A stretch of 63,926 bases of DNA, counting the filler, from Intoshia linei (lineage: Eukaryota; Animalia; Orthonectida), in assembly GCA_001642005.1 (NCBI GenBank). It is 7 parts of 7 records of this genome, joined end to end, with 100 filler letters (N's around TTAATTAATTAA, not from the genome) between each part and the next. Parts side by side here need not be neighbours in the genome. Positions count along the whole stretch, not along the records: positions 16,773 to 35,064 come from LWCA01000779.1; positions 35,165 to 41,594 come from LWCA01001672.1; 5 more parts are not named here. One strand, 5' to 3'. Position 1 is the stretch's first letter. Every line of letters begins with the position of its first letter. Below the pieces are notes generated by a model. The model saw nothing but the letters and a program-made list of their open reading frames with translations, was not told the origin of the DNA and did no database searches. The position numbers and the translations under genes are program-made. Shown here piece by piece: positions 24,134 through 37,061 of the stretch.

Positions 24134-26389
24134 ATGTCTGTCTCTATTAAAAGTGATTTTTCTGATTCGTCAAATTCAAATTCAAGTGATGAATCTTCAA
24201 ATGAATCAAATTATGAGTCTTCAGAGTCGTCAAATTCGGTTGAAAACGTTTCTGAGAAAATGTCAACATTTAAAGTTACAATTGATGAAAAAAATGACAA
24301 TTCCGATTCTGAGGTTAATTCTAAAGTAAAAAATTCAGATGTAGAATCAAATAGTTCAACTGATTCCGAAAATTCAAGTGACGAGTCTGATGAATCTGAT
24401 GAAATTACAAATACTACGGAAATGACTCATGAGACTCAAGTTTCTAACAAAACAAACACCTCAAATGAAACTACAGAGTCAACTAACTCAACGTCTATTT
24501 GTACACTAACATCAATTGAAAATGCACCTAAACTGAAAAATTTGAATGAACCGTGTATACCACCATCCACATTGAATGCACCAATGATAAACACGGAAGT
24601 ACCGATAAAAATTGAATTGGATCAACCGTCTCCCGAATTGAAAAAAATAAATAAATTTTTAAATACACCGGAAATTGATTTACACGTTTCCCCTAATGAA
24701 TGTTATCAAAGTTGTAACAGTTTGAAAAATTTACACGACAGTTCCAGTAATATTCAAAATGAACCGTCTGAATCTACTGAAAATTCAATTATATCAAAAT
24801 ATACTTTCAGTGAAAGGACTTTAACTATCAGTAATACTAATAGCGAACCCACAATACAAAGCAAAGAAAAAAACCAGGATACTGACATGGAATTGAATTC
24901 TGATAAAAGTTGTACAAATAAATTACCAATGAAAGAAAGTGCTACGTCAAATACAGAATCAAAACACGAAATAATATCAAACTTTTCCAATAAAAACTAT
25001 GAATCAGATAAAAGTTTTGTTTCTAAAATTTCCAAAAAAAAATCAAAAAAATGTCAAAAAAAAAAAAAAACTAAAAAAGTACCTGAAAATTTTAGAAAAA
25101 TAAAAACGAAAAAGAAAAACATTCAAATCAAATTTCAAAGTAAAAAAAGACAAAGATCGATATCACGAGAAAGTTCAACGTCGATTGGTGAAGATGACTC
25201 TGAAACGGAATCTGGATTAATTACCTCGAATGGCAACGATAGTGACACGATTTTAACACCAAAAATACGATCACAAATAGCATTAGTCACAAACCATGGT
25301 TCGCATACTTCAAAAAGTGAATATACAAAAAAATCAAATTCATCACAATTAGAATCTGGCGAGTATACTAAGACTAGAGTGAAAGTGAAATCAAAACGTA
25401 AAAAAATACCAAAATATAAAGCTAAAGACGATACATCTAATCGATCATTTTCCAAAAAAAAAGAAGAAAACATTTATAAACTTATAAAAATGGCTCTAGA
25501 AGGGAACGATGACGATGAAGAAATTAGAAAAATGGCCATCAACAGAATTTTACTAGAAGCTAGACGAGATCGAGCTTTAAAAAAGAAAAAACCAAAAAAA
25601 TTAAAAACAAAAGTAGTGTTGAATGGTCACAAAGAAAATATCGAAGATGCTTATAAAAAAATAATGAAATGCATTTCAAAGAAAAAGTATGAAGAAAAAT
25701 GTGCAAAAATGGAAAAGGTGAGTAAAAAAAGTAGAAAAAGAAAAATAAATTCATCAAAATATAAACGGAAACACAAACATTATAAGTATAGCGACGAGAG
25801 TTCTAATTATGACAGAATTAGGAAGAGTAAACGTTCAAAATATAAATCAAAAAAATTACATAGATCACGGAGATCTTATTCAAGTGATTCAAGTGTTTAT
25901 TCAAAAAGAAAAAGAAATTATCGTAGACATAGAAAAATGAAAAGTTCCATGTCAACAACTTGTAGATCAGAGTCTCTGACAAAGTCATTTACTAGTGGTA
26001 GTTATGAAAGTGCTAATGGAACTAGCCCCAGTTACGGCTCATATAACCGCGATAAGCATAAACAGCGCGGTATCGGCAAAACAAATCGAAAGGTTCGGAA
26101 TCAAAAAAATCGGAAACGGTCTTATTCAAATTCAACTACATTCTCCAGTCGTACTAGCCATTCTAGAGATTCACGAAAACGACAACCTTATTCTTCTTTA
26201 TCTCCGTCAAGTTTTAGTCGAGAAATTTCGAGTAATGAAAAAATTATGTTGGATGTGTATAGAGAAACTCGTGATCCGTATGTTGCTGCAAGGAATGCGG
26301 CCATGTCGGGTAGATATAAAATGGTTCATAAGACTCGATCTGGTGGACGTGGTATTAACGTGTACAACGATTTTGATGATAGAATTTAA
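24134..26389 (+). CDS. Low-complexity Ser/Glu-rich then Lys/Arg/Ser-rich protein (751 aa), likely nuclear
   Basis: A 2.25-kb uninterrupted ORF with an acidic Ser-rich N-terminus and a basic RS-like C-terminal half. A T-rich tract ending in TTTAG lies directly before the ATG. Confidence 0.8.
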   Translation: MSVSIKSDFSDSSNSNSSDESSNESNYESSESSNSVENVSEKMSTFKVTIDEKNDNSDSEVNSKVKNSDVESNSSTDSENSSDESDESDEITNTTEMTHETQVSNKTNTSNETTESTNSTSICTLTSIENAPKLKNLNEPCIPPSTLNAPMINTEVPIKIELDQPSPELKKINKFLNTPEIDLHVSPNECYQSCNSLKNLHDSSSNIQNEPSESTENSIISKYTFSERTLTISNTNSEPTIQSKEKNQDTDMELNSDKSCTNKLPMKESATSNTESKHEIISNFSNKNYESDKSFVSKISKKKSKKCQKKKKTKKVPENFRKIKTKKKNIQIKFQSKKRQRSISRESSTSIGEDDSETESGLITSNGNDSDTILTPKIRSQIALVTNHGSHTSKSEYTKKSNSSQLESGEYTKTRVKVKSKRKKIPKYKAKDDTSNRSFSKKKEENIYKLIKMALEGNDDDEEIRKMAINRILLEARRDRALKKKKPKKLKTKVVLNGHKENIEDAYKKIMKCISKKKYEEKCAKMEKVSKKSRKRKINSSKYKRKHKHYKYSDESSNYDRIRKSKRSKYKSKKLHRSRRSYSSDSSVYSKRKRNYRRHRKMKSSMSTTCRSESLTKSFTSGSYESANGTSPSYGSYNRDKHKQRGIGKTNRKVRNQKNRKRSYSNSTTFSSRTSHSRDSRKRQPYSSLSPSSFSREISSNEKIMLDVYRETRDPYVAARNAAMSGRYKMVHKTRSGGRGINVYNDFDDRI

Positions 26390-27249
26390 TGTCGTATTAG
26401 TTGTAATTATGTAATTAAATTAATGTTTACTTGTTTATTTTCACGTCTTTCTTCTTGATGTCCCAGATTTTATAACGGACTGATTATTCAATATTATACA
26501 GCTCAATGTATAATGCAAAAATTTTTAATTTTAGTTTTCAATTTGAGATGGCTCTCTTAGCAAATTAATTTACTAAAATCTAATTTTTCATTAGGTTTTA
26601 AGTTAAATTTTTTAATCTTTATTCATAAATCCTAAATTTATTAATTATACGATGTTTGCTTAGTTTTTTTTGAAAATGTCTGGATAGCTTATGGGCAAGA
26701 AATTGGAAGGGTGAAAAATTGATTTAAAACAATTTAGTATACAACAACACTTTTCTAATTTTTAATGTTAAATTTTCATATCAAAAGTTTTATCTAGGCA
26801 ACAGGTAAATTTTTATCAGGCGCGCTTTTTAATTTAAAGACTGATTTTGTTTGGAAGGTGCCCATTTTTGTATTTAAAATTTATTTCACTTTCTGCAACG
26901 GAAAAACCTGACTTAGATTTTTTTATTTAAATTTATGGCACTGTAAGTTTGATCAATAAATAGTTACATGAATAAACAGACCCATTTTTATCAACTTTTA
27001 CTTTACATTAATTTAGGCTGTCCAGGAAAGATTGGCAAGCCATGATTTGTTTAGTAAATAATTTAAGATTGCTAATTAATTTTGACAATCTTTTGTTATA
27101 TTTTTTATATGCTCTAAGTGTCACTTATAAGATTTCGGCTCTAATTTTATAGTCAATTCAAACTTACCTTCGGCTTGTTTCATAAAAGAAGGCGGATTTT
27201 GTCAATCTTTTAAAAGATTGGCAGGCCGAGGAAAGATTTTTGCTTACAT

Positions 27250-27727
27250 CTCTAAATTTAAATTTTACTAAAATATTTCGGAAAAAGACTATATAAATAC
27301 TAAAATGTTTTTTTGACCGTGAAGTCGTCACTTATTCGGATTGAAATTTTTTGTGTGTGTTAACATGATACACTTATACAACTTGTAAATTTTTTTAATT
27401 CTAGGGCTGTTTTCATTAAACAAAGAAAGTAATTTGTGGTTTTGGCCCTGAAGATATAATTTTATTATAATGTTTATGATTTTAAAATCCGTATCAGCGT
27501 ATATATTTTTTTAAATTCTCCAACTCGTTTGATTATAAAAAAAAACAAACAATTGGGGTTTTTGACCCGTAAGATGTAGTTTAGGAGGTTGAAATTTATC
27601 TTATTATATCCCCCGGAAAAAATTGTAATTGAAATATAGACTCTATAAAATTCTAACTGGTATTTATTTTAATAAAGTGGAACACACACACACAAAAATA
27701 TTGCGTAGCATATTATATAAGTTTGGA
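27250..27727 (-). mobile_element. Non-autonomous Helitron, 5' part
   Basis: Shares the family blocks (TTTTTTGACCGTGAAGTCGTCACTTATTCG, GTTTTGGCCCTGAAGATATAA) and ends ...ATTGCGTAGCATATTATATAAGTTTGGA|T, which is a 5'-TC terminus on the minus strand. Confidence 0.75.
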
Positions 27728-28696
27728 TAATTTTAATCCTTATAATATCAACTTGAAATTGATTTTAATTAAAATTATTATATTTATCATTTGTAGTTTA
27801 TTGTTTGCCAACAATGATCTGACCAGTATATATAATGGAAAGTTTTATTAACACAATGATATCATTTTTTTTTGTTTTATTTATTGTTACATAATGCATC
27901 ATTTGCATTTAATGTGTCTATAGAGGAGTTAGGTAATTTTATTTGTAAAAATGTATATTCATTTACTTCATTGATATTTTTATATTATATGTTCATTTAA
28001 AATAAAATAAGAACGTGACGGTATAAAGGTTAATGGTGTATCGTTATAAATACACATTTTTATTGTTTCTTTCGAATAAATTGATATGGAAATTTTTACT
28101 TTTCAAAAAAATTCATTTTACAGCTTTCTGCTAATTTGACAACAGGAAATAAAAATAAATGTAAATAAGATACCTAATTAATTTTTTAGACAAACATTAT
28201 AGATATTATAAAATTTACGATAGAACGGATGTATTAAAAAATATTAATGTATTATCTCGAAATACAGTTGTGCTTAAAATTTATTTTAAAATCAGGCAAT
28301 ATAACAAATGTTTAGTATTACGTACACAAGGATGTGTCTAGTGCAGGCCCGAACGCTTTTGACAAATAGGCACATTTTATAATTTTATTTGTTCGGTGGG
28401 AACGAAATTCATCCTTTATTTATATATAATTGAAGGTATGTGTGTGTTACCGTTTTCTTAAAAATAAGCTTCCTAGAATTTAAAAAAAGCAAATATCTAG
28501 TACTGTTTTTAAAAAATAATATTTTATCACAATTATGTATTATACACTATTCATTTTCAGGAATAGAGTCTATCAGAGTAAAAAACAAAAATGTCTAGAC
28601 AAGGAATTACAAAAAAAACGTAAAACTACACTAGTTTGGGAACTTCCGATTTAAAGGAGTGGAAAAAGTGAATGGTAATATTTTATTATTTGGTAA

Positions 28697-28885
28697 CTAG
28701 TTGACTGTTATGCACTTCGTACAAACAGCAGATACCTCTGCCGAGGCAAACCTTTATTATACCAAAAAAATAAATTCATGTTAAAAATATAACTTAAAAA
28801 TCCTACTATTCACTATTATCAATCCTTTAAAGGAGTGGTTCGCAAATTTGTTTCAGGTGGAACCATCATATTACATTAATTTTAC
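28697..28885 (-). mobile_element. Helitron 3' terminus fragment
   Basis: The minus strand ends TGTACGAAGTGCATAACAGTCAA-CTAG|T, a short hairpin about 10 nt before CTAG. Confidence 0.75.
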
Positions 28886-29317
28886 TTTAACCCTTTCACT
28901 GTTTGAGAACCACTAGTGGTACTCAGTAAATATCTTGTAAAACTTTATTTTTTTAACCAAACTATATAGATGAGTTTTTAGTAAATTTTTTTTAGCAAAA
29001 CTTTATAGGCGGTTTTTAGGAATTTTTTTAACCAAATTTATTAATGATATTGAATAAACTAAATAATCTTCAAAAAATTATAATGATTTAATTATATTAT
29101 ATATGATAAATAGGCTATAGATTTTAGCAAAGTAGACAAAGAGCTTCGTTGCAAAGTTTGCATTCCGTGGTCGTTTTTTTTGTTCTGAGGTGAACATTAA
29201 TTTATGATTTTGTCGTCAATAATTTAATTAAAAATATCAATAGGTGATATATTTGCTCTTTTGTAGTCCAAAGTTACCAGTGAATTGAAACGGAGAGTTT
29301 GGGTTTACTTCTTTGTA

Positions 29318-30500
29318 CAGTAGAATCTCTTTAATCTAAAGTTCTATTTTGATTCAATACAAGCAATTCTTCAACTACAGTGATTATTTACAATTTTTAA
29401 TTTGACGTTTTTTTGACTTTAATAAAAATAAATTTATATTTTTAATATATTTATTCCAAATAACTTTTAACAGCAGCTAAATCATTATATATGGAATATG
29501 GAACACCAATACGATTTAATTCTCGATATATAAGATTAACTGCATCTTTTTGTTTTTTGGTCGCTGGAGGTTGATCTTTAATTTCTTCTTTAGTTAATGT
29601 AGACTCGAAATTAATAGAATCAATGATTTCACTATTATTCATCATCATTGATGAAATATTTTCTTCGATATTAATATATTCTTCATAATTTATATCAAGT
29701 TCTATTAATTCAGTTAGTTTATTCCAATTATTGAGTGCATTCGGTAAAATCATTATTAAAATTATCACTAAAATTAAATCCAGCCTCAGTGAAGCAATTT
29801 TTAATTGTTTTTATCTTAACATGTTTAATCCACACTGTGTTAAGGATATCAAAACAATCCACCAGGTTAATTTTTCGTAGATTTACACCGGTTTCAATGT
29901 CATATATCATCCTTTTTACTAACACATCTCGGTAGTAATGTTTGATAATTTTAATAATTCCCATGTCCATGGGTTGTAATATTGATGTTGTGTTCTTTGG
30001 AAGAAATACAACATTAATAAATGGAAAAGACTCATCAACTATGTTAGCTGTACTATTATTTATGAATAATATTATTTTGCGTTTTTGAACAGCCAATTCT
30101 TGATTAAAATTATTCAATGATGAATTGAAAATATTTTGAGTCATCCAACCCTTCTTGTTAGCTGTATATTTAAATGGTATATTAGTCACATTTTTCATGC
30201 AACGTGGTCTTAAAGCTTTTCCAATCACCATCATTTTTTTTATACGTTCCTGTCATGTTACTACACGCCATTACAGTAATTCGTTGTTTACTAGATTTTG
30301 ATCCAAAACATTGATGTTTCTTATATTCTATTGTTTTATCAGGTAGACATTCGTAATATAGAGCGAATTCGTCTGCATTAAAAACATTTTCAGTACTATA
30401 ATCTTTGAGTAGTGGTTTAAGAATATTATCTTTCCAATCTTGACAAAATTCTGTATTTACTGACTTTTTTTCTCCACATATTTTTTTAAATGACTCCATT
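29318..30500 (-). mobile_element. pogo/Tigger DNA transposon, frameshifted and 5'-truncated
   Basis: Three offset ORFs carry VFNADEFALY, KQRITVMACSNMTG, NKKGWMT and FLPKNTTSILQPMDMGII (DDE_1 domain). TA-CAGTAGAATCTC TIR at 29316. Confidence 0.92.
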
Positions 30501-30571
30501 AGTATGTACCTGATTCGTTTAGATTTTTTTCATTGCTACGTAATTTTTTATTTTCAAAAAATTTAACGAAA

Positions 30572-31310
30572 TCCTTACTTATATAATATGCTACGCAATA
30601 TTTGTTTGTGTGTATTCCACTTTATTTTAATAACTACCAGTCTTTGAATTTTATAAAGTCCACATTTCAATTACAGTTTTTTCCGGGACGTATAGTAAGA
30701 TAAATTTCACTCCCAATTTTACATCTTACTAGTCAAAAACCCTAGTTGTCCCTGTTTTTGAAAATCAAACGAGTTGGAGAATTTAAAAAAATATACACGC
30801 TGATGCGGATTTTAAAATCATAAACAGCATAAATTTAAATTTAAAAAAATTATATCTTCAGGGCCAAAACCCTAAATTACCCTTTTTTATTTAATGAAAA
30901 CAGCCCTATAATTTAAAAAAATTTACAGGTGGTACATTTGTATCTTGTTAACACAAACAAACAAAATTTCAATCTGAATAATTGACGACTTCAAATAGTT
31001 GGTCAAAAAAGCATTTTAGTATTCTTATATATTTTATTAAACTAAAAAAATGTAAAATAATTAACTGTCCGAAAATTAAAAAGGAAGATTATTCTGATAA
31101 AGCTTATTCCAGTTGATATAAATACAACATTTAAACCCCAGAAATTTACGCATTCCCGGTGAAAAATAATTTTTAATATAATATCAACCATTATTTTTGA
31201 AATATTTCGATTAAAATAAAAATATTGATCCTAAAATTTCAAAAAAAATGTGCATTGAACGTCTACACATTTTCAATAAAGAAATATGGGTGAAAATCTA
31301 TATAATTCAT
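30572..31310 (+). mobile_element. Non-autonomous Helitron copy
   Basis: Begins A|TCCTTACTTATATAATATGCTACGCAATATTTGTTTGTGTGT and is the reverse complement of the 46.3-47.0 kb copy. Confidence 0.8.
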
Positions 31311-31795
31311 TATACCTACAAACCATATTACAAAAAAATTAGAAATATTTTATGGTGTTCACACCAGAGAATATTTTTTTTATTAGAACAAATAGAATGT
31401 AATTATGTCAATAGTAGAGTATTATGTGAGAGGAAAATGTATAGTAAGTAGTGAGGATAACTTTTAAATAGAATTATATATTATAAAATAAAATGAAGTA
31501 GATTTTTGATAAAATTTGGTTTATAGAAGGAAGGAGTGTAGTTACGACCAACTTCGACAATAATCGTTGAGGTAGGAACATTTAATCTAATGTGTAAAAA
31601 CTGAAAATTTATATGGTTAAGTGTCCAATTGATTAAGAGTGGGTGCCTACAGATGACGAGATGAACGTATTATAATAGAGAAATTTAATATTAAAGATAT
31701 ATATCCATCATGAATAAAATTACAATATGTACAATGTACATCAACGATTTAATTAAAATTATTTATTTTCAGTTATAATTTTTAGATATTAACTA

Positions 31796-32600
31796 TTAAT
31801 AATGTAATGCTCCTTTGCAGAGACTAGGGCGACCCCTTTTCCGTTTAGTACGTAATGGTAAAGATTTCGTCTATATAGGAACGATACATCCTGGACACTT
31901 GAATCGAATCGCCATACCCAAACAATGTTTGCATGAATTGCATTTGAGGTAGATTGAACAAGTGCATTCTGCTTCTTTTCATTGTAAGATGTTTATCGTT
32001 ACAACAATTATTGATGATATACTATTTTTAAAATGATCAAAATCTTTTCATGATTTCGTTTGAAATATGTCAATTTCGTGTTCCAAATTAATCGTTTCGA
32101 TATTATCAATAATATAACATTTTATCAAATTATCATCCAACATTTTTTTTCGTAATTTTAATAATTTTATAAGTTGATTTTGTTTCGCCCAAGCGTAAGC
32201 ATTTGTCCATTCTTTAGTCGTCAATTTAAATTTATTTGAAACTTGCAAATATTATATAAATGATATTTATTATTTAAAAAATAAAAATAATTACCTTTTC
32301 TATCTACAGACCAAGTTGATACAATATCATTAAACATTACACTAAAAAATCGATTTAATAAGATACGTTTCCGAAGAGTCATTTGTCTTTGTATAACACC
32401 ATTTGTAGCTTCGAATTGTGAATTGAATTCATTTAAATTAATTATTTCTAGTTATAACATGTAAAGCAACACCCTCGTGCCAACTTTTAGATATCCATTG
32501 TTTTTTAAAATATTCACAAAACGTTTCATATTTTTTCCATTTACAACAAAAATAAGTCTTTCGCAATATCATACATTTGAATAGAATAAGAAACTTACAA
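31796..32600 (-). pseudogene. Decayed Mutator-like (MULE) transposase with a SWIM zinc finger
   Basis: The minus strand reads SWHEGVA...FEATNGVIQRQMTLRKR and CTCSIYLKCNSCKHCLGMAIRFK...*...KRKRGRPSLCKGAL, a SWIM CxC..CxH motif plus an AT-hook-like tail. There is an in-frame TAG at 31871. Confidence 0.78.
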
Positions 32601-32904
32601 ATAATTTATATCACGATGAATTCCCGATTTACACAATTTAGGAAAAGAACGAAAGGTTTCATGTTTTTTTAATTTTTTAATTGGAATTTATGCTAATTAT
32701 GACAATTTTTAAGATTGGACTGTTTTTAGTGTATTTCTTAGTAGTTCTTAGTGTATTTGGCCCTCCAAAAAATAATTATTTACTATCAAAAATATGTTCA
32801 CCCTAGTAGTCATAAATACGTATTTTTGATAAGTAAAGTTCTAAATACATTTAAATGACAAATTTGTTTTATAACTTTTGAAAAAAATCATAATTTTAGA
32901 ACTA

Positions 32905-33541
32905 CAGTATAACCCCGCTTTGGGGTACCATTTTTTGAAAAGTGCCCCAAAAACAAGGGTTTTAGTAATTTATCTAATTTTTCATTGAATATTTAAACTA
33001 TTGCTATACATGATATTATATTTGTTTCTATTACAGTCGAACACGATTTAGAGCAGCGCTTCCCACATACTTTCTAATTTCTGGACCCCTTAGGGTTCCA
33101 TTACCCCATTTGGAAACCGCTCGTTTAGGGTAATATTATCAGCTAAATACCTGAAAATCATAATTTAATAAAAATCTAAAATCAAAGTTATGAACATTTT
33201 TGTAATTATATACTCAATTTTTAGAATTATAGTTACTTTCTAATCCGGAATAGTAATTAATAGTTTATCAGATATTAAAATATATGCATGAATAAAAATT
33301 AATGTTATGATAAATACATATGAAAATGTATGTAAAATGTTTAAATAATTATAATGTAATGTCATCACTATAGAAATTATACTTATTATTTACAACATTT
33401 TTGCCCCAAAAGCGGGGTTAATTTCACATATATTATTATGCCATCGATATAAATACTATAAAATTAAGATAATTCTAAAACAGTGCCCTAAAACACGAGT
33501 ATGCCCCACACCGAGGTTTGTCCAACAGCGGGGTCGGACTG
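32905..33541. mobile_element. pogo-type MITE with a nested hAT/Charlie-like mini-element
   Basis: Imperfect TIRs TA-CAGTATAACCCCGCT ... AGCGGGGTCGGACTG-TA with TA flanks. An internal AGCGCTTCCCA...TGGAAACCGCT pair lies at about 33055-33121. Confidence 0.7.
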
Positions 33542-35714
33542 TATTAGAAATTTCGTTTGTAGGTAACATAAAATACGTATTTTCTACGTATAAAATATGG
33601 CTACACTACCTAAGGCTGCACTTTTAATAATGATTATGTAAATATAAAATTAAAAATAGATTTTATTTATATTAACTAGACAATTCTTCAGATTCGTTAA
33701 TTTCATTACTACTTTTTTTGTTTAAAGTTTTTTTTTGATGTCGACCTAAAAATAAAATTAATATGATAATTAATTTCCTATACTAATAAAAATCTTGATA
33801 AAATTTTTTGTGGACATACAATTTAATTTCAAATAGGTTGTATAAAATTTAATAAATAATATAAAAATTGAAGTTATTATCCCAAGGATCAAGATCTAAA
33901 GACTCATAATTATGACGCAATCAAGACACCACCACTAAAATAAATTTTCCAAATATGATATGGGCAGATACACAATAAGTGACTTATTTTAATTATTTTC
34001 TAGAGTAATTACATAGCCTTTATCATTTATTTATCCCAGAAACAACAAAATGACAAATATAACTAATTTAAAAAACGTTTTTATTGACTATAGAATATAG
34101 TCAATTGTAAATAATGCAGCTGAATACAAAAAAAAATTTATAATTTTATACAACTCATTAAAATATACAAACAATTTTAAATTTTCTCCACAAACGAAGC
34201 AGGAATATAAGTTTTTGTAAAAAAATTAAGAAAACTACGAAAATAAACTTAAATTTAGCCATTTTTTTGTTAAATACTTAATTGATAATTGACATTAATT
34301 GAAAAACATAAATTTCTAATAAATTCAGTATAGTAAAATTGATGCTGCACTAAATTTAAAATATAATTCCTTGTCAATGTTCATTGATTGTTTTATTATA
34401 ACATTTTAATTATTACTTACACTGTGTCTTCGAAAAACTATTTTAGATGGATAAAGTGAAGCGTTGATGAATTTTTTGGCTGTAAAGAGATATTTTCATA
34501 GAAAGTTTGGAATTCACTGATACAACTAAACAGTGACAGTAACAAAATATATTATTTTTTTAATTATTATTTATCGATTTCAGACATAATAAGTTTAATT
34601 AAAAAAATGTAGTTATTCATTAAATAAATTTTTAAATATATATACGACGTAGTCAAAAAAATATTTATTTTGTTAAATATTTAGCTTATTTTTGTATTTT
34701 TGTATTAATAGTTTTATTTTTTTGACTTTGTCAAAAGATGACTATTCAACTTTTATGTCATGTGATAGAATGTTGTTAAAATTTTAAAATTTTTAAATTA
34801 AATGATCTTTAATCTTATCTTTATTCTATTTTATTAATCGTGGAAACTAAAAGTTGCCAAAATTTGAATCTGTCCGTCTGTAACGATTTAATTTTAAAAT
34901 TATAATTATTATTTAGCATATATTTAATTTGTTGCTATGTTGTAAACGGCCAATATGTGAATTTAGAAATTGAAAGTTATGAGAGTATAAGAAGTATTAA
35001 TTGTTATTAATTTTAAATTGTCGTATTTTTAGTTTTTTTCATTTTTCAAAATAGTAGGTAATTTNNNNNNNNNNNNNNNNNNNNNNNNNNNNNNNNNNNN
35101 NNNNNNNNTTAATTAATTAANNNNNNNNNNNNNNNNNNNNNNNNNNNNNNNNNNNNNNNNNNNNTCCTATGTAAGATTTGGTATAAAAATTATCCTTCAA
35201 GGGTTTGGTCAAAAATATTTTTATAATATGCAATTTTAGACTTATTTACCGTTTCCTGTTGTGAAATGTTAATGTTGAAAAATTTCCAATCTTTCTAACT
35301 CTAAACAACGACCAAATAAGTTCAAAACATTAAATCATTTAATAAAATATTGATTATATTGATCTAATTCGTAGAAATCAATTCGACGGTTCTAATGAAT
35401 TGATAATAAAAATACTGTCCATTATATTTATTAAGTGGATAATCTCACAAATTGTCATTTGCATAGTAGTTTTATAATAGTTTAACTGAATACAACCGAG
35501 TTGTCAACAGTTAAATTAAATTGTTCTGAGTACTTTCGAGTAAAAACGATATTATTTAGTTTTGAACAATTTTATCTAATGTATATAATTTTGATTTGAA
35601 ATTTAAAATTTTTGAAGAATTCTAGTAAACAGTTAAAATGTAAAAGAAACCAAACAAATTTGGTAAATTTTGCTAAATTTAGGCTGAACATTAATATTTT
35701 TTTAAAATATAATA

Positions 35715-35900
35715 AATTGATTGTTATGTACTTCGTACAAGCAGAACCTACCTCAGACGAAGGCGGACTTTTTTAATTATACCAACAAAAAAATTAAATA
35801 ATACAATCTTACTTAAAAATGCTACTATTCACTATTATCAACCCTTTACAGGAGCGTTCTCAAGCTTGTTTTACCACGGAACGGCCATTTCACATTATCT
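35715..35900 (-). mobile_element. Helitron 3' terminus fragment, diverged
   Basis: TTGATTGTTATGTACTTCGTACAAGC followed by CTACTATTCACTATTATCAA, as at 28697 and 38991. Confidence 0.65.
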
Positions 35901-37061
35901 TATAATTTTATAATATTACTAAATTACTTTATATAACTAAGGATTACGTTAGATTTATTTATAATATCTAGTAAAAAAATAAGGAATCATCTGACTCGAA
36001 ACCTACAATATTAGAGACTTAGTGTATTACGAAAAAATTTGTATTCAATTTATTTTTCTTTCTATGAAAATAAAAATTTTAAAGAAGTTTGATCAACACT
36101 ACGTTACGCAATTTTAGATAGGAATCCCAACTTAGGATCGTGTCTGGGTCGTTTTTCGCCGTGTTGTAGAATTCTACTCTCGATTATTTTCATAGTCTTT
36201 AGTATACAACACAATGTTTTATAAATCAATCGAGAAATGAATTAAATTTAAAATCTATACTGAATTTCGTAAAAATAAATATACAAATGTAGTTCAAAAA
36301 TTTAAAATGTGAAATTAGTAAATTTGAGACTCAATAATTGATTATGTTTCGTTTCTATGATTAACGCCAATTAGTTAAAACTATGTTTATTACATAAAAT
36401 ATACAAAAATTTTAAATAAATGAATCTAATTGCATTATTAAATGATTTAATTCGTAATTGATTCTACATTTAGATTCGTAAGTTAAACGTTGACAGATTA
36501 ATATGATTGAAACGTTGAAATCGGTATTGTGTAAAGTTTTATATTCAAAATTGTTGTGAATAAATTATGCTAATAATTTTACATTAACAAATAAATTTTG
36601 CTTATTAACAAAAAAAATAGTCATATATTTATCTCTGCGCAGCGGCAGTACCGTAGCTTATGACGTTTTACGGAGGCACGGTTATTGCTAGTTGAAAACT
36701 ATACCCAATTCCCCGCTATGTGTTGCCTCACGGCTAACCATAAGCAATTTTTTCTGCTCCGAAAGGAGTTATTATGAATTAATGTTAGAACTTTTTCATT
36801 ATAGTGTATAGTTTTTAAATCAATTATTCGTAACTGAGAAATTATATTACAATTATGTTCATAATGTTTTTGAAATTTTAAACAAAATAAGGTAGGATTT
36901 TTTCACATTACACTAAATTGTTAAAGATTTTAAAAATAATTTTGTTGAACGTATAAGGGAAAGCAAACGCTTGCTAGAAATGATTTTTTGCTCGTGAAGA
37001 ATACAACTTGTTATGGTATTGTTAAAGTGGAAAGAATCATAACTGATTTTTACCTCCTAAC

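Noticed and set aside
24754-26414. Hydrophobic ORFs overlapping the 751-aa gene
   Set aside because: Antisense or off-frame reads of A-rich low-complexity codons.
36630-36745. GC-rich patch ending in GCTAG, possibly the 3' end of a second Helitron or an ncRNA
   Set aside because: Single copy in the window with no matching 5' end, and no tRNA or snRNA structure.
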